Source: an uncultured Verrucomicrobiales bacterium (GTDB lineage Bacteria > Verrucomicrobiota > Verrucomicrobiia > Verrucomicrobiales > DEV007). From it: a stretch of DNA of 64,000 nt. Shown piece by piece: positions 33,257 through 43,615 of the stretch. Location: NCBI GenBank assembly GCA_938091905.1, contig CALKOM010000103.1, positions 1 to 64,000 of the forward strand, written 5' to 3'. The position numbers and the translations under genes are program-made. A model generated the notes under the pieces. That model made no database searches. It was not told the origin of the DNA and saw only the letters and a list, made by a program, of their open reading frames with translations. Each line of letters starts with the position of its first letter. Position 1 is the first letter of the stretch.

Positions 33257-36200
33257 TAGTTTCTTAGGGAAAGAAGGTAGGCTTGGAGGGCTCGAAACTC
33301 TACTTTAGTGAGGGCATCGGCGAAGGTGGGGGGCATAAGGGAAAGAGTCAGGGCTGTCTTCTCCGTGATGCTCTTTGTGGGGATGGAGGACTCATTGCCA
33401 GTGGGATCAGCGAGGATGGTTTGGGTGCCTTCGGTGCGTTTGATGAGGCCGATGTGGGTGTTGCCGTTCTTCGTTGTTAGGGTGGTGAGTCGGAAAGCGA
33501 TGTCGACGTTGCGGCTGGGATTGAGAATGTCTTCGGTCAGGCGGGCAAGGCTTCGGCCGCCGATGCCGTCGAGGTTAGGGCCTAACACCGTGCCGGCACC
33601 GCCTAACTGATGGCAAATGGAGCAGTGTTTTTGAAAAAGGGCTTGGCCTGCAGCGACGGCACCCCCTTGGCTTCGGTAGCTTTGAATACGAGTGGCGATG
33701 AGTTTCTCCAGGGCCTCGTCTTCGTCTGGAAGATCAGCAAGGAGTTGTTCTTTGGTGGCGAGTTGTGCTTTGGTGAGGTTTTTATCCAGGAGCGAGTCGA
33801 CGGTCGGGGCTTGGAGCAAGCTTGCGGGGGCGTTACCGAATTGGACGAGGTCAAGGAGTTGGCTAGCGCCCTCGTTCGTGGCGGCGCAGATCTCGGCGAG
33901 ACGTGTTTGGTGGGCTTTGGGAAGGGCATTCATCCAGTCGGCGAGGACGGTGTTGGCGTCGCCAGACAAGATGGCGTTGAAAGTGCGCTGTTTGAGAGCG
34001 CGATCCTGTGTTTGAATTTCTAGCGCTTTGCTAAGTATACTGCTGATGGCTGTCGCCTTGTTGACAAGGCTGACGTAGGCTTGGGCGAGTGGAGCGCTGG
34101 CCGACTGTGTTTTTAGCAGTTGTTCTAGGTCAGTTTTGAATTCTGTGAGGTGAAGGTCGCGGATGAGTTCGGCGGCGAGGATCTGCTTTTTAATGTGATG
34201 GTTAGGATTGAGGTTGGCGATTGAGAATCGGCCCACGGCTAGCCAGGCGTAGGCGACGCCGTCGTCACCATCGATCAATTCGACGTAGGCGTCGGTACCT
34301 TGATGGGTGGTGGTGTCCCAAATGAGTTCTTGGGCCACGTCGTTTCGTGGAGGTTTGGCGGTGTGGAGGATGCGATCATCTTTGGCGCGGCGGAGCCGGA
34401 CGGCGTTCTTTCCTTGAAGGGGGTTGCTGGGAGGGCCGTCGTGTCCGGCGAGGTAAAACGTGAAGTTGTGACCTAACGGAAAGGTGTCAGAGCGATGCCG
34501 ACCTGTCTTGGTTTCTCCTTTGGGAAAGCTGCTCCAGAGGAGGGCGCCTTTCTGGCCATCAGCACACACGCGAGAGGTGGTGGTCGTCCAGGTATTGTTG
34601 CTAGATGTCCATTGGATGGGGAGATCAGGGTCATCGCTAATACCTAACCATTCCTTTGCGAGATCGCTTGCCCAGGCTTTGATGAGGGCGAGCTGAGGAT
34701 TATTGGATCGGAAGTTGATCCCACGTTGGGTTAGGCCTTCGCGGATGCCTAGAAGGAGCTCGCGTTGTTGGTAGAGGTCGGTTTCAAATCGTGTGCGGGC
34801 TAACAAAACCACTTTTGGTAACGCCGTGAGACTGGTCGAGCGGGCGGCGAATTTGAGATAAGTGTTGAGCCGCTCGGATGGCAACTGCTCCAAGTGGGCG
34901 ACGAGAAACTCGGCAGCTTGTGGGTGCTTTAAAGCTAGGCAAATGTCGGCGACCACTTGGACGTCCTCATCCGCTACCTGAGCGGTCGAGAACGTTTTGG
35001 GGTCGGTGAGATGATGCTTCAGGGCGATCTTGAAAGCGTGCTGTAGGTGCTTGTCATCCTGGGCGACTTGTCGCCGCCAGTTAAGGAGTTGGGAGACTCG
35101 TTTAGCAGAGGGCTTGGCAGCTGCGATGGCCATGACGGCGGCGCGTTGGGTGATGGGGGCTTCTGCTAAGAGGTCGATGTCCTCAGGGAGATCTTCTGGG
35201 TGTTCTGCGAAGTGCCGGTAGGTTTGTGTTGTTCCGTCTTCGGTCTTTCGAAGTGTGGTAGGTTCCTGGTGCGTGATCTTCCAAATACGCCCGCGATGGC
35301 GGTCGCGCTTGGGGTGATCGAGAGGGACTTCGTAGTGGCCGATAATACTGTTATAGAAATCGGCGACGTAGAGAGCACCGTCGGGGCTGACCTGAAGATC
35401 TACGGGGCGAAACCACGGGTCTTCTGAGATGAGAAAGTCGGATTCTTCCTCCGCCACGACGGTTGAGCCGCGGTGAAGGAGACGATTGCGATTGATTCGT
35501 GAAGTGACGACATTTCCGCCAAACGTGCTGCTTTGATAGGCTTCGGGGAAGTGGCTGTCTTCACCGAGGGCGATGCCGGCAATACCGGTCGAGCGATGCA
35601 GGTGTTCCATCACATTGGGGACAAAGCCGAGGCCATCGTGGGGTTTGCCAAAGCTTTCGTGGTAACCTCCGTGCATGATGAGGCTAATCGGTTTGGTATG
35701 ACAATCGGCGGTCAAGAGGTCGCCATGCCGATCAAAGGTCATGCCGAAGGGATTTACCTGGCCGTGGCTGACATGTTCGATGCGGGAGCCATCCAAGCGC
35801 ATGCGGAAGATGTTACCGGATTGTAGAGTGACGATGTGGCCATCCTTGCCAGCTACTGTCGATTGGTTGTTGAAGCCGTGGCAGGCGTAGAGCCATCCAT
35901 CGAGACCGCCCGTGAAGGAGTTGCACATGCCGTGGGTATCACGACTACAGTCAAACGGGCCGTAGAGCTTCTCGCGGAGGTCGCAGCGATCATCACCATC
36001 GGTGTCGCGCAGATCCCAAACGTAGGGGATGCTGAAACAGATGACGCCGCCGTCATAGGGATAGAGTCCAATGGGAATATTGAGGCCATCGGCAAATGTG
36101 GTGATGTTATCAGCGCGGCCGTCGCCGTTGGTGTCTTCGAGAATCTTGATCGTATCTTGTGGTGTGCGGTTGTCTGGTGCCGGGTTGGGATACTCGGTGG

Positions 36201-37620
36201 AGCTGGTGACCCATAATCGGCCACGGGTGTCGAACGCCATGTTCATGGGTTTGGCAATGTCAGGTTCGGCAGCGACGAGCTCGACTTTGAAGCCAGCGGG
36301 TAAGACGAAGCATTTCTTTTCTTCTTCTGGTAAGAGTGGTTCCGTGGTGCGGACCTGTTGGGCAAAGGCGTCGGTGCCCGCGACGTGTTTGAGGGCCTCA
36401 CGCTTTTGAGGGCGGATGCCTTCATACGTCTCTGCAGTGACTTCCTGACGTGTCTGAGTGAAGACAAAGGTACCCAATTTGTTTCCGATGACAATGTCAG
36501 GAAAGCCATTCCCACTCACATCACCGACGGTGAGTTGGGTGCCGACACCGGAGCGCTCGTCAATGAGCCAGGGCTCGAAATAAACGCCATCAGCTGTCAA
36601 GGAATTCTTAAACCAGTAGAGCAAGGGCAGCTCTTGCGAGCCGGGATCGTTTCCGCCATGGGCCCAGTAGCGTTTGCCGGTGACGATATCCTTCCGACCG
36701 TCGCCATCTATGTCGACAAGCGCGGTAGCATGCATTTGGGACATACTGAGGCCGTAAGGACTGTCGGCTGGCTTGTCTGTGAGGATGGCGTGACGTTGAA
36801 ATTGGGGCTCTGTACCGTCTCCAATTTGCTCGAACCAACAAAGGCCGTAGCCGTGGGCATTCTGAACGGAGACGATATCCTGATCCCCGTCGGTATCAAC
36901 GTCATCCGTGAACATTTGTGCGCCGCCGGACTCGGCGAAACGGACGGGGTGAAGCTTAAAGAAGGCGCCTTTCTCCGCTGGCTGTTCCCACCAGCCATTG
37001 GTCTCAAGTATGTCTAAGCGCCCGTCGTTGTTTACATCTCCGACGCCGAGCCCGTGAGTAAATCGACCGAAGCCACGGTCTCCTGTAATCGCAGTGAAAG
37101 TCCATGGTTCTGTGGGCTTGTTAGAATTAGGTTTGGCGTAGCCGAGTTTGCCTTGGTAGCAGAGAATCAGTTCGGGGTGGCCGTCGCCCGTGAGATCGGT
37201 GAGGGTGGGGGACTCATTGCCGACCCACTCGAAGGCCAGGTGTTTTTGCCAGTGTGTATTGCTTCTGGCTCCAGGATTCTCAAACCAGTGGGCGGGCTCC
37301 CCAGGAATCGGAATAGCTAAAATGTCAAGTCTGCCGTCATCATTGAAATCGTGGGCGAAGGAGAAGAAATGTCGGGAATAGACCGCGATGGGAAAACGTT
37401 GTGTTGTGGTGTAAGCATGTTTCTCCTCGAACGCTGGTCCCGCGTACCAATAAGGACCGGAAACGACGTCTTGGTGTCCGTCGGCATCGATGTCGGCGAA
37501 GCAAGCGCCTTCGCTGAAGAAGTTCTCATTGAGAACGTGTTTGGTGAATGTCGAGAGCGTGTGTTGCCCGCTGCTGGTGGCGAGCGTGATAAGGGAGACT
37601 GCTAGTGTGAGCTGCTTCAT
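33256..37620 (-). CDS. FG-GAP/VCBS repeat domain fused to PVC-type heme-binding (CxxCH) membrane dehydrogenase
   Basis: N-terminal D.D.DG..D repeats; sorbosone-dehydrogenase-like propeller (FRPVD...PDGALYVAD); C-terminal CSICH, GPNL and SLMP. ATG overlaps the rlpA stop. Confidence 0.9.
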   Translation of the reverse strand: MKQLTLAVSLITLATSSGQHTLSTFTKHVLNENFFSEGACFADIDADGHQDVVSGPYWYAGPAFEEKHAYTTTQRFPIAVYSRHFFSFAHDFNDDGRLDILAIPIPGEPAHWFENPGARSNTHWQKHLAFEWVGNESPTLTDLTGDGHPELILCYQGKLGYAKPNSNKPTEPWTFTAITGDRGFGRFTHGLGVGDVNNDGRLDILETNGWWEQPAEKGAFFKLHPVRFAESGGAQMFTDDVDTDGDQDIVSVQNAHGYGLCWFEQIGDGTEPQFQRHAILTDKPADSPYGLSMSQMHATALVDIDGDGRKDIVTGKRYWAHGGNDPGSQELPLLYWFKNSLTADGVYFEPWLIDERSGVGTQLTVGDVSGNGFPDIVIGNKLGTFVFTQTRQEVTAETYEGIRPQKREALKHVAGTDAFAQQVRTTEPLLPEEEKKCFVLPAGFKVELVAAEPDIAKPMNMAFDTRGRLWVTSSTEYPNPAPDNRTPQDTIKILEDTNGDGRADNITTFADGLNIPIGLYPYDGGVICFSIPYVWDLRDTDGDDRCDLREKLYGPFDCSRDTHGMCNSFTGGLDGWLYACHGFNNQSTVAGKDGHIVTLQSGNIFRMRLDGSRIEHVSHGQVNPFGMTFDRHGDLLTADCHTKPISLIMHGGYHESFGKPHDGLGFVPNVMEHLHRSTGIAGIALGEDSHFPEAYQSSTFGGNVVTSRINRNRLLHRGSTVVAEEESDFLISEDPWFRPVDLQVSPDGALYVADFYNSIIGHYEVPLDHPKRDRHRGRIWKITHQEPTTLRKTEDGTTQTYRHFAEHPEDLPEDIDLLAEAPITQRAAVMAIAAAKPSAKRVSQLLNWRRQVAQDDKHLQHAFKIALKHHLTDPKTFSTAQVADEDVQVVADICLALKHPQAAEFLVAHLEQLPSERLNTYLKFAARSTSLTALPKVVLLARTRFETDLYQQRELLLGIREGLTQRGINFRSNNPQLALIKAWASDLAKEWLGISDDPDLPIQWTSSNNTWTTTTSRVCADGQKGALLWSSFPKGETKTGRHRSDTFPLGHNFTFYLAGHDGPPSNPLQGKNAVRLRRAKDDRILHTAKPPRNDVAQELIWDTTTHQGTDAYVELIDGDDGVAYAWLAVGRFSIANLNPNHHIKKQILAAELIRDLHLTEFKTDLEQLLKTQSASAPLAQAYVSLVNKATAISSILSKALEIQTQDRALKQRTFNAILSGDANTVLADWMNALPKAHQTRLAEICAATNEGASQLLDLVQFGNAPASLLQAPTVDSLLDKNLTKAQLATKEQLLADLPDEDEALEKLIATRIQSYRSQGGAVAAGQALFQKHCSICHQLGGAGTVLGPNLDGIGGRSLARLTEDILNPSRNVDIAFRLTTLTTKNGNTHIGLIKRTEGTQTILADPTGNESSIPTKSITEKTALTLSLMPPTFADALTKVEFRALQAYLLSLRN

Positions 37621-38048
37621 TTCTTGAGCACTTCGACTTTGCATGGGACCACGCCAGCAGTGATCATTTTGAGGTGACGAGCGACACCGATGGTCACGTC
37701 AATGATACGGTCTTTGATGTAAGGCCCCCGGTCATTGATCCGGACGACTGCAGATTTGCCATTCCTCAGATTGGTCACGCGGACCCTTGTGCCCATGGGC
37801 AGAGTGGGATGCGCTGCGGTGTAGGCGCTATTGCGCAAGCGTTGACCACTGGCAGTTGTGGCGCCACCATTGGTCCTGATGCTGTAGTAGGAGGCTTTGC
37901 CGCGATAGGTCCTGGTTACGTTAGGTTTGCGCGGTGCTGGCTTGTGTTCTGGTGCGACTTCGACTCGCGCTAGCGGTGGTCCCTTGACGGGAATTTCAGT
38001 CATTTGGCAACTTGTGATAGCGACTAAGGTAGGTAAGAATACGCGCAT
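37617..38048 (-). CDS. rlpA: Septal ring lytic transglycosylase RlpA family lipoprotein
   Basis: GKASYY, TAAHPTLP.GT.VRVTN and VRINDRGP...RIID; lipobox ITSC. Confidence 0.92.
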   Translation of the reverse strand: MRVFLPTLVAITSCQMTEIPVKGPPLARVEVAPEHKPAPRKPNVTRTYRGKASYYSIRTNGGATTASGQRLRNSAYTAAHPTLPMGTRVRVTNLRNGKSAVVRINDRGPYIKDRIIDVTIGVARHLKMITAGVVPCKVEVLKK

Positions 38049-38049
38049 G

Positions 38050-38949
38050 CTAGTGAGTGGATGGTAGCTTGCGTAGAGTTTCGACAAAGGCGTGTGCGCT
38101 GTCCAGGAAGCGCTGGGCTACTGGACTGAGATGAGCACGGTGGATGCAGCCGACGGTCAAAGGCGGAAAGTTGGGAAGGGGGATGCGTTGAACAGCCTTG
38201 CGAAGGCGAAGCCCAGGCACTTCAGCATAAAGGCCGTAACCGAAGTCTTCGGCCACGTAGGATTGCACCAGTTCTAACTGATTCACTGTGATGTCTGGAT
38301 CCCACTCAAGCTTTCGTTTGCCAAGTTCTTTCTGAAAGATCTGGCTGATGCGTTCTTCAGGATTCATAGCCACGAGCGGAAAGGTCAGTTGACCGTGTGT
38401 CGCTTGTTTGCAGAGTGCGGCAAACGTCGAATGTTTAGCGTCTTTATGTGCTAGGAGAGTGAGAGAGGTGGACAGAAGCTCGACATGGCGCAAGCCCGCT
38501 GCTGGACGATTGTGCAAGACGCTCACCGCGATATCGATCTCATTATCCAATAGGAGTTTTTCAGCTTCTGCAGGACCCACTTGCTGAAGATTGAGGCGTA
38601 TGTTTGGCTGGTCTTTTCGGAGCCGCTTGAGCAAGACAGGGAGATAGTGTGCGAGGATGGTCTGTGAGGCTCCGAGTCTCAGGTGTTGTTTTTCCTTTCC
38701 CTGAAGTTCGCTGGCGATTTGTGGCAGCTTCGAAAAGAACGGTTGAATGAATTGATAGAGAGTGTTTCCATCGTCTGTAAGCGCGAATGGGCGCCGTTGG
38801 AAGAGCGTGACGTTGAGTTCCTCTTCAAGCTTTAGAATCTGAGCGCTGACGGCGGGTTGTTGAATCCCAAACGGCATCTTACGCACGGCCCGGGTGATTC
38901 CCTCGTATTTGGCGACGTAGTAGAAGAGCTCAAGGTAGTGGACATTCAT
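38050..38949 (-). CDS. LysR family transcriptional regulator
   Basis: N-terminal HTH with QPAVSAQI..LEEEL...LF.R. Confidence 0.93.
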   Translation of the reverse strand: MNVHYLELFYYVAKYEGITRAVRKMPFGIQQPAVSAQILKLEEELNVTLFQRRPFALTDDGNTLYQFIQPFFSKLPQIASELQGKEKQHLRLGASQTILAHYLPVLLKRLRKDQPNIRLNLQQVGPAEAEKLLLDNEIDIAVSVLHNRPAAGLRHVELLSTSLTLLAHKDAKHSTFAALCKQATHGQLTFPLVAMNPEERISQIFQKELGKRKLEWDPDITVNQLELVQSYVAEDFGYGLYAEVPGLRLRKAVQRIPLPNFPPLTVGCIHRAHLSPVAQRFLDSAHAFVETLRKLPSTH

Positions 38950-39044
38950 GCCGGTGAGACTCTAAGGGCATGCGGAGTGAGGAAGCAATCCTTGAGAAGG
39001 ATTCTGCTTGGACGGCTAGGTGAATCCCGGTATAGGATGCCGCC

Positions 39045-39848
39045 ATGCCACATGTCGAAGCAAACGGAATTCAAATCTACTACGAAGAGCGCGGATCAGG
39101 AGACCCCTTGATTTGCATCATGGGAATCACGGCTCCTGGAGCGGTATGGGAAGCGCATGTGGAAGCGTGGCAATCCCATTTCCGTTGTATCATCGGGGAC
39201 AATCGTGGGGTTGGTCTGACTGATAAACCGGAGGGGCCCTACACGAGTGCGATGATGGCGGATGACTATGCCGGTTTAATGGATTCTCTAGGGATTGAAA
39301 AGGCGCGTGTTGTCGGGTGCTCGATGGGAAGCATCATCGCTCAGCAACTGGCGCTACGTCACCCTGAGAAAGTGCAAAGTGCCGTCCTCATGTGTTCCTG
39401 GGCACGTTGCGATCGCTATGCGAAGTCCGTCTTTGCTCACATGAAGGCGATCAAGGCACGTCTTCGTCCTGAAGAATTTATGGAGTATATACAGCTGCTC
39501 ATCTTCACCAAGCCTTTCTGGGACAATGACGCCGCCTATCAAAGCGTCCTTGATGGCCGTGGTGATGCTGCCAATGGAGAGTCTCCGCAGCCGCTTCATG
39601 CCATGGAGGCTCAAGCTGCTGCCTGTACTGAGCACAACACGCTGGATCAACTGAAGGATATCAAGTGTCCATGCTTTGTCATCGGTGGCCAAGACGACAT
39701 CTTCACGCCACGTTGGATGGGCGAGGAAGTGGCGGCTGGCATTCCTAACAGTGACTTGCATCTCTATGAAGGAGCTGGCCACGCGTTCCACTGGGAGTGC
39801 CTTGACGATTTTAACCCGCGTACCACCGATTGGCTGCGCGCTCACTAG
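39045..39848 (+). CDS. Alpha/beta fold hydrolase
   Basis: DNRGVG, GCSMG nucleophile elbow, D..T and GH; divergent from LysR. Confidence 0.9.
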   Translation: MPHVEANGIQIYYEERGSGDPLICIMGITAPGAVWEAHVEAWQSHFRCIIGDNRGVGLTDKPEGPYTSAMMADDYAGLMDSLGIEKARVVGCSMGSIIAQQLALRHPEKVQSAVLMCSWARCDRYAKSVFAHMKAIKARLRPEEFMEYIQLLIFTKPFWDNDAAYQSVLDGRGDAANGESPQPLHAMEAQAAACTEHNTLDQLKDIKCPCFVIGGQDDIFTPRWMGEEVAAGIPNSDLHLYEGAGHAFHWECLDDFNPRTTDWLRAH

Positions 39849-39887
39849 ACGAAACCTATATATTCAAACAACTAGCATCTTACTGAT

Positions 39888-40727
39888 ATGGGAAACATCA
39901 AATTCGGATCGGAAGTCTACACGTGGTTCATGGACGGCTATGGCGAGGGCAATAACAACAAGCTCCCGCACATGATGAAAGTGATCAAAGAGTCGGGTTT
40001 TAAAGGGGTTGAACCGATGGTGCTTGAGCCTTACGACACCTACTGGCTCGGAGATTGCAAAGATCCGGCGAAACTAAAGGATGCGCTGGATGAAGCGGGT
40101 GTCGAGCTGGCTGCCCTTGCGCTTATATGTAAATGGGATGGCGCGGAAGAGACCGAGTCTGAGCGTGTTTGTGCCGACTGGACAATCGAAACGTTGAAAC
40201 TCTTTCCGGGAGCAGCTCTCGGGACGGTGCCTCTGCCAGACGGTCGCCATGATCTTCAGCAACGTCGCTTGAATCTGGTCAACAATGTCAACAGGGTTTC
40301 ACGACGTGCTGCTGAAGCCGGTCTCAAGTGTTCGTTCCACCCTAACAGTCCACCGGCTTCGCTGGTGCGGACGCAGTACGACTATGACGTCGTTCTTTCC
40401 AGCCTAGATCCTAGCGCGACTGGTTGGACACCGGATGTTGGCCACATCATCCGAGGCGAGATGAACGTCATTGACACCATGAACAAGTGGCAACACCTCG
40501 TGAATCATATCCATTATAAGGACTTCAGTGGAAATGGCCCCGAGCCTTGGGCGCAAATGGGGACCGGCAAGCTTGACTTTCACAAGATCACCGAGTGGCT
40601 GACACTTCGTAATTACGAGGGTTGGATCATCTGCGAGGATGAGTGTCACGATGCCATTGGGGATCCTGACGGAGTGACGAAGCAGAATGGCAAGTGGTGC
40701 GAGGAGAATCTCGCTCCGATCGTCTAG
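39888..40727 (+). CDS. Sugar phosphate isomerase/epimerase (IolE-like TIM barrel)
   Basis: FHPN, PDVGH, HIHYKD and W..CEDE. Confidence 0.85.
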   Translation: MGNIKFGSEVYTWFMDGYGEGNNNKLPHMMKVIKESGFKGVEPMVLEPYDTYWLGDCKDPAKLKDALDEAGVELAALALICKWDGAEETESERVCADWTIETLKLFPGAALGTVPLPDGRHDLQQRRLNLVNNVNRVSRRAAEAGLKCSFHPNSPPASLVRTQYDYDVVLSSLDPSATGWTPDVGHIIRGEMNVIDTMNKWQHLVNHIHYKDFSGNGPEPWAQMGTGKLDFHKITEWLTLRNYEGWIICEDECHDAIGDPDGVTKQNGKWCEENLAPIV

Positions 40728-40752
40728 CGAGCGATTTAGAATTACCGAATGT

Positions 40753-40797
40753 CGAGGGTGTCCGGCTGCAAGGGGCCAGACACCCTCGTTTCGTTTT
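40753..40797 (+). terminator. Intrinsic terminator between convergent genes
   Basis: Stem CGAGGGTGTCCGGC / GCCAGACACCCTCG followed by TTTCGTTTT. Confidence 0.75.
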
Positions 40798-40801
40798 AGA
40801 A

Positions 40802-41385
40802 TCACCCTTTGTAGAGAAATGGACCCTAATCAGGGATCTGGTGGGTATTCCGGAGAAGGGCCGTCATGGGCACTTCGCGAGGAGTGGCAGGGACGTAACG
40901 TAGCCGGAGACCTGCTTCCTTAGGTGTCCGGTCGGCCTTCCGAGATGTTGACATCTTTGGCTGCGAGGACGCTGCTATCCCAAGAGGTCAGGCTGCCTCG
41001 GGAACGAGGCATGACGTGGTCGATGTTGCCTTCATATACGCCCAGGGGGCGACATGTGTATTGGCACCGTCCACTGTCGCGCTGGCGAATGGCACGCGAG
41101 CTGAACTTTGGTCGCTTGAGAGGCATGCGACTGTAGCGCGCGAGGACGATGATCGTTGGCACGCGAACTTGTCCAATGACTGTCCCGATAGCGTGGTCCG
41201 TGTCGCGGATAGGAAGCTTCTGCCACTCTTCCCAGACCGTAGGTGTCATGGCGTCATATCTATCGATATCGAGGGTAGTGGCCACACCTGTCGCCATCTG
41301 GGCAAATGCCAGAGCGGGAGTTGTGGTGTTGATCGCCTGCCAGTTTCGTTTAGCTTTTTTTAGTAAAGCGTCAGCAATAAAATAA
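40802..41385 (-). pseudogene. HNH endonuclease pseudogene
   Basis: LN.NWQAIN..TP..AF.QMA, RD.GRCQY, NIDHV.PRSRG and N.RKADRTP.EAGL; frameshifts at both ends and a W-to-TAG change near the C-terminus. Confidence 0.88.
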
Positions 41386-41411
41386 TGTAAGGCAGCAACG
41401 CAGAGGTTTAA

Positions 41412-41473
41412 GGAATGGCGACACCCTTGTCGCTGTCTGCCTGCTTGTGGAGCGACAGGAGTGCCGCTCTTCC
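41412..41473. repeat. Inverted pair of palindromic REP-like units
   Basis: GGAATGGCGACACCCTTGTCGCT and the reverse complement of 41451-41473 (GGAAGAGCGGCACTCCTGTCGCT) are 18/23 identical; each is itself a hairpin. Confidence 0.7.
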
Positions 41474-41610
41474 CTGCGAACTCAACCCATCAATTGAATC
41501 ATAACCTTGTTGCTAGACGGTCCACTATTCTAAGATTTGACAGCACGAATGGCAAGTCGTTGTGGGCTGTAAAACCGGAGCCGAAAGTATGTTAATCGGT
41601 TCGGATGTCG

Positions 41611-42597
41611 TTAGAGACCAATTCTTTCGGCATCCAGTTCTGCGATCTTAGCTTCAATCGCTATAATCTTTTGGCGTTGATCTTCTATCTCTTTATCTGC
41701 TGCGCGAGTTTGTGGGGTATCGATTCCGGCTCGCCTGATATTGGTGTTCTTTGGGCCATGGCGGACGATATCAGCGTTCTCGATCAAGGCTTCAAGTGTC
41801 TCACGAGCTTTGACCAAGCTCACTCGAGATAAGTTGAGTTGTTTATCGATCTGCGCCCTTTTACCGCGCGCATTCTTCGATCTTGCACTTGCTGCAGCAC
41901 TTGCTGCCTTTTCTGCCGCCATCTGAGCCTCCAGAGTGGCCTCGAAAGCAGACGAGTCTGCTTGGGCGGCTGCAATTTGGGCTTCGTTTATCCGTCGCTT
42001 GACATCACGTCTGCGGGCAATGGGCAGCGGTGGATGGCTGGTGCCCTCTGCTGCTTGCTTAGCTTCTTCTTGGCTGTAGCGAAATCGCAGTTTTAGAGGT
42101 GGTGAAAGAACCTCATAACCCAACTGAACCACGCTTCCCCCGTGAGAGATGGTGATGCCGAGAGCGTCCGCATCCTGAACAACGGCATCTGAGAAAGTTC
42201 TACCATCTTGTGTCTGGATAGTTCCTAGATTCAAGCCTCTTGCGGCACCCCGAGCAACCAATCTGTCTTCGATTTCCAGCCACTGCTCGTCGGAGAGGCC
42301 GGAGTCGGAGTCCTTACTTTCGTCATCCTCAACGGTTCCCGAGCTTTTCGACTTAGAGACATTCGTTTCCTCGGCGGCTGAACTATCGTTCTTCCGCATC
42401 TTGGCCATGATGGCCTCCATTTTTGCTTTTCGGGCTTTTCGCTCGGCTTCTTTGGCCTCGATGTCTGCCGCAAGCTCTTCCTCAACAGCTGAATCGTTTT
42501 CGCTTAAGAACTCGTTTTCGTCAGAAGGCTTATTGCAGGATGTTAGCGCTATGCCTAGCGATAGTGTTAAAATGGGGTATCCAAGTGGTTTCTTCAT
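41611..42597 (-). CDS. Hypothetical lipoprotein with coiled coils (paralog A)
   Basis: Lipobox LTSC; central domain GTI.T.DG..F.DA.V...D..GITISH. Confidence 0.8.
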   Translation of the reverse strand: MKKPLGYPILTLSLGIALTSCNKPSDENEFLSENDSAVEEELAADIEAKEAERKARKAKMEAIMAKMRKNDSSAAEETNVSKSKSSGTVEDDESKDSDSGLSDEQWLEIEDRLVARGAARGLNLGTIQTQDGRTFSDAVVQDADALGITISHGGSVVQLGYEVLSPPLKLRFRYSQEEAKQAAEGTSHPPLPIARRRDVKRRINEAQIAAAQADSSAFEATLEAQMAAEKAASAAASARSKNARGKRAQIDKQLNLSRVSLVKARETLEALIENADIVRHGPKNTNIRRAGIDTPQTRAADKEIEDQRQKIIAIEAKIAELDAERIGL

Positions 42598-42682
42598 GAG
42601 CGGAGCCGAGTTCAGGCACTTCTGCCAACGTTTTAGCGTGTCTCCAAACTATTTACGTGGTCAACCAAATTCGTGGGCCCAA

Positions 42683-43615
42683 TCACCTGCTAAATTGCTC
42701 ATCCCGAACCTGGTTGACAAGGTCTTGAGCGGCTTGGTGTGTAGCCTTGAGGTGCTCAAGAAAAGCTTTCTTGTCCTCAACAATATTAGTGGCCTTGCGG
42801 ACAAGAGGATCGTTTTGCGAGCGCTTTACGATGTCCCCTTCACGTATCTCTATGAGCCGTTCATTGAGTGCATCTAGTTGATACTCCGCATCCCGAACGG
42901 CGAGTGCTGTCTTTTTTCGCTTTTCCTCTGCGATTCTAAGCCTTTTCTCGTATGGGTCTTCTTCCTTTTTTCCATTCTTTGAAGGCGTCTTGGTGATCTC
43001 AGGGCCTGGTGGAGTAGTGGGAGATACAGCTGGCCTGTGCGTCTTGCGAGCTTCCACGACTCGATCCCTGACTGCCTTAGCTCGCTTCCTGGGAAGTTTT
43101 GGTAGATGAACTCCGCGAGTGATGTCTTCTGCCTCACTGTCGTCAACGAGCATTTTAGCTCTTAGGCCTGCAGGCAATTCAGTGTAGAGCAGGTCTTTTT
43201 TACCCGTCTTGTGGGTAACTGTGAGTCCTTTGTGATCAACACCGCTGATGGCCGCTTCTTCGAAGATCTCGTCACCGACGGTGATCGTGCCGATCTTATC
43301 CCTAACAGCAAGATAGCGAATAAACATTTTATCTTCGATCCTCTTCCACTTTTCTTCTTCGGGGTCCGGTTCATCCACCGATTGAGAATCGACGATTGAT
43401 GTGGGTTCTTTGCTTTGCTGTATGGCCTTCATGGAGCGCTTGACGGCAGCGGCCCTTTCCTCATCACGTGCTTTCGCGTCAGCTTTATGCTGCCGTTCCT
43501 CCTGAATTTGAATCTCCGAAAATTCAGAGTCCGCGGAGGCCTCTTGTTTGCGTTTGCTGCATGCACCAAGGGCGATGCAGACCAACCCGGCTGCTAGTGT
43601 GATTCCAAGTCTCAT
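42683..43615 (-). CDS. Hypothetical lipoprotein with coiled coils (paralog B)
   Basis: Lipobox LGAC; same central domain (GTITVG..FEEA.I..VD..GLTVTH). Confidence 0.8.
   Translation of the reverse strand: MRLGITLAAGLVCIALGACSKRKQEASADSEFSEIQIQEERQHKADAKARDEERAAAVKRSMKAIQQSKEPTSIVDSQSVDEPDPEEEKWKRIEDKMFIRYLAVRDKIGTITVGDEIFEEAAISGVDHKGLTVTHKTGKKDLLYTELPAGLRAKMLVDDSEAEDITRGVHLPKLPRKRAKAVRDRVVEARKTHRPAVSPTTPPGPEITKTPSKNGKKEEDPYEKRLRIAEEKRKKTALAVRDAEYQLDALNERLIEIREGDIVKRSQNDPLVRKATNIVEDKKAFLEHLKATHQAAQDLVNQVRDEQFSR

Noticed and set aside
36358..37017. Long antisense ORFs (also 2127..2789, 15906..16484, 55625..56287)
   Set aside because: They are shadow frames opposite well-supported genes.
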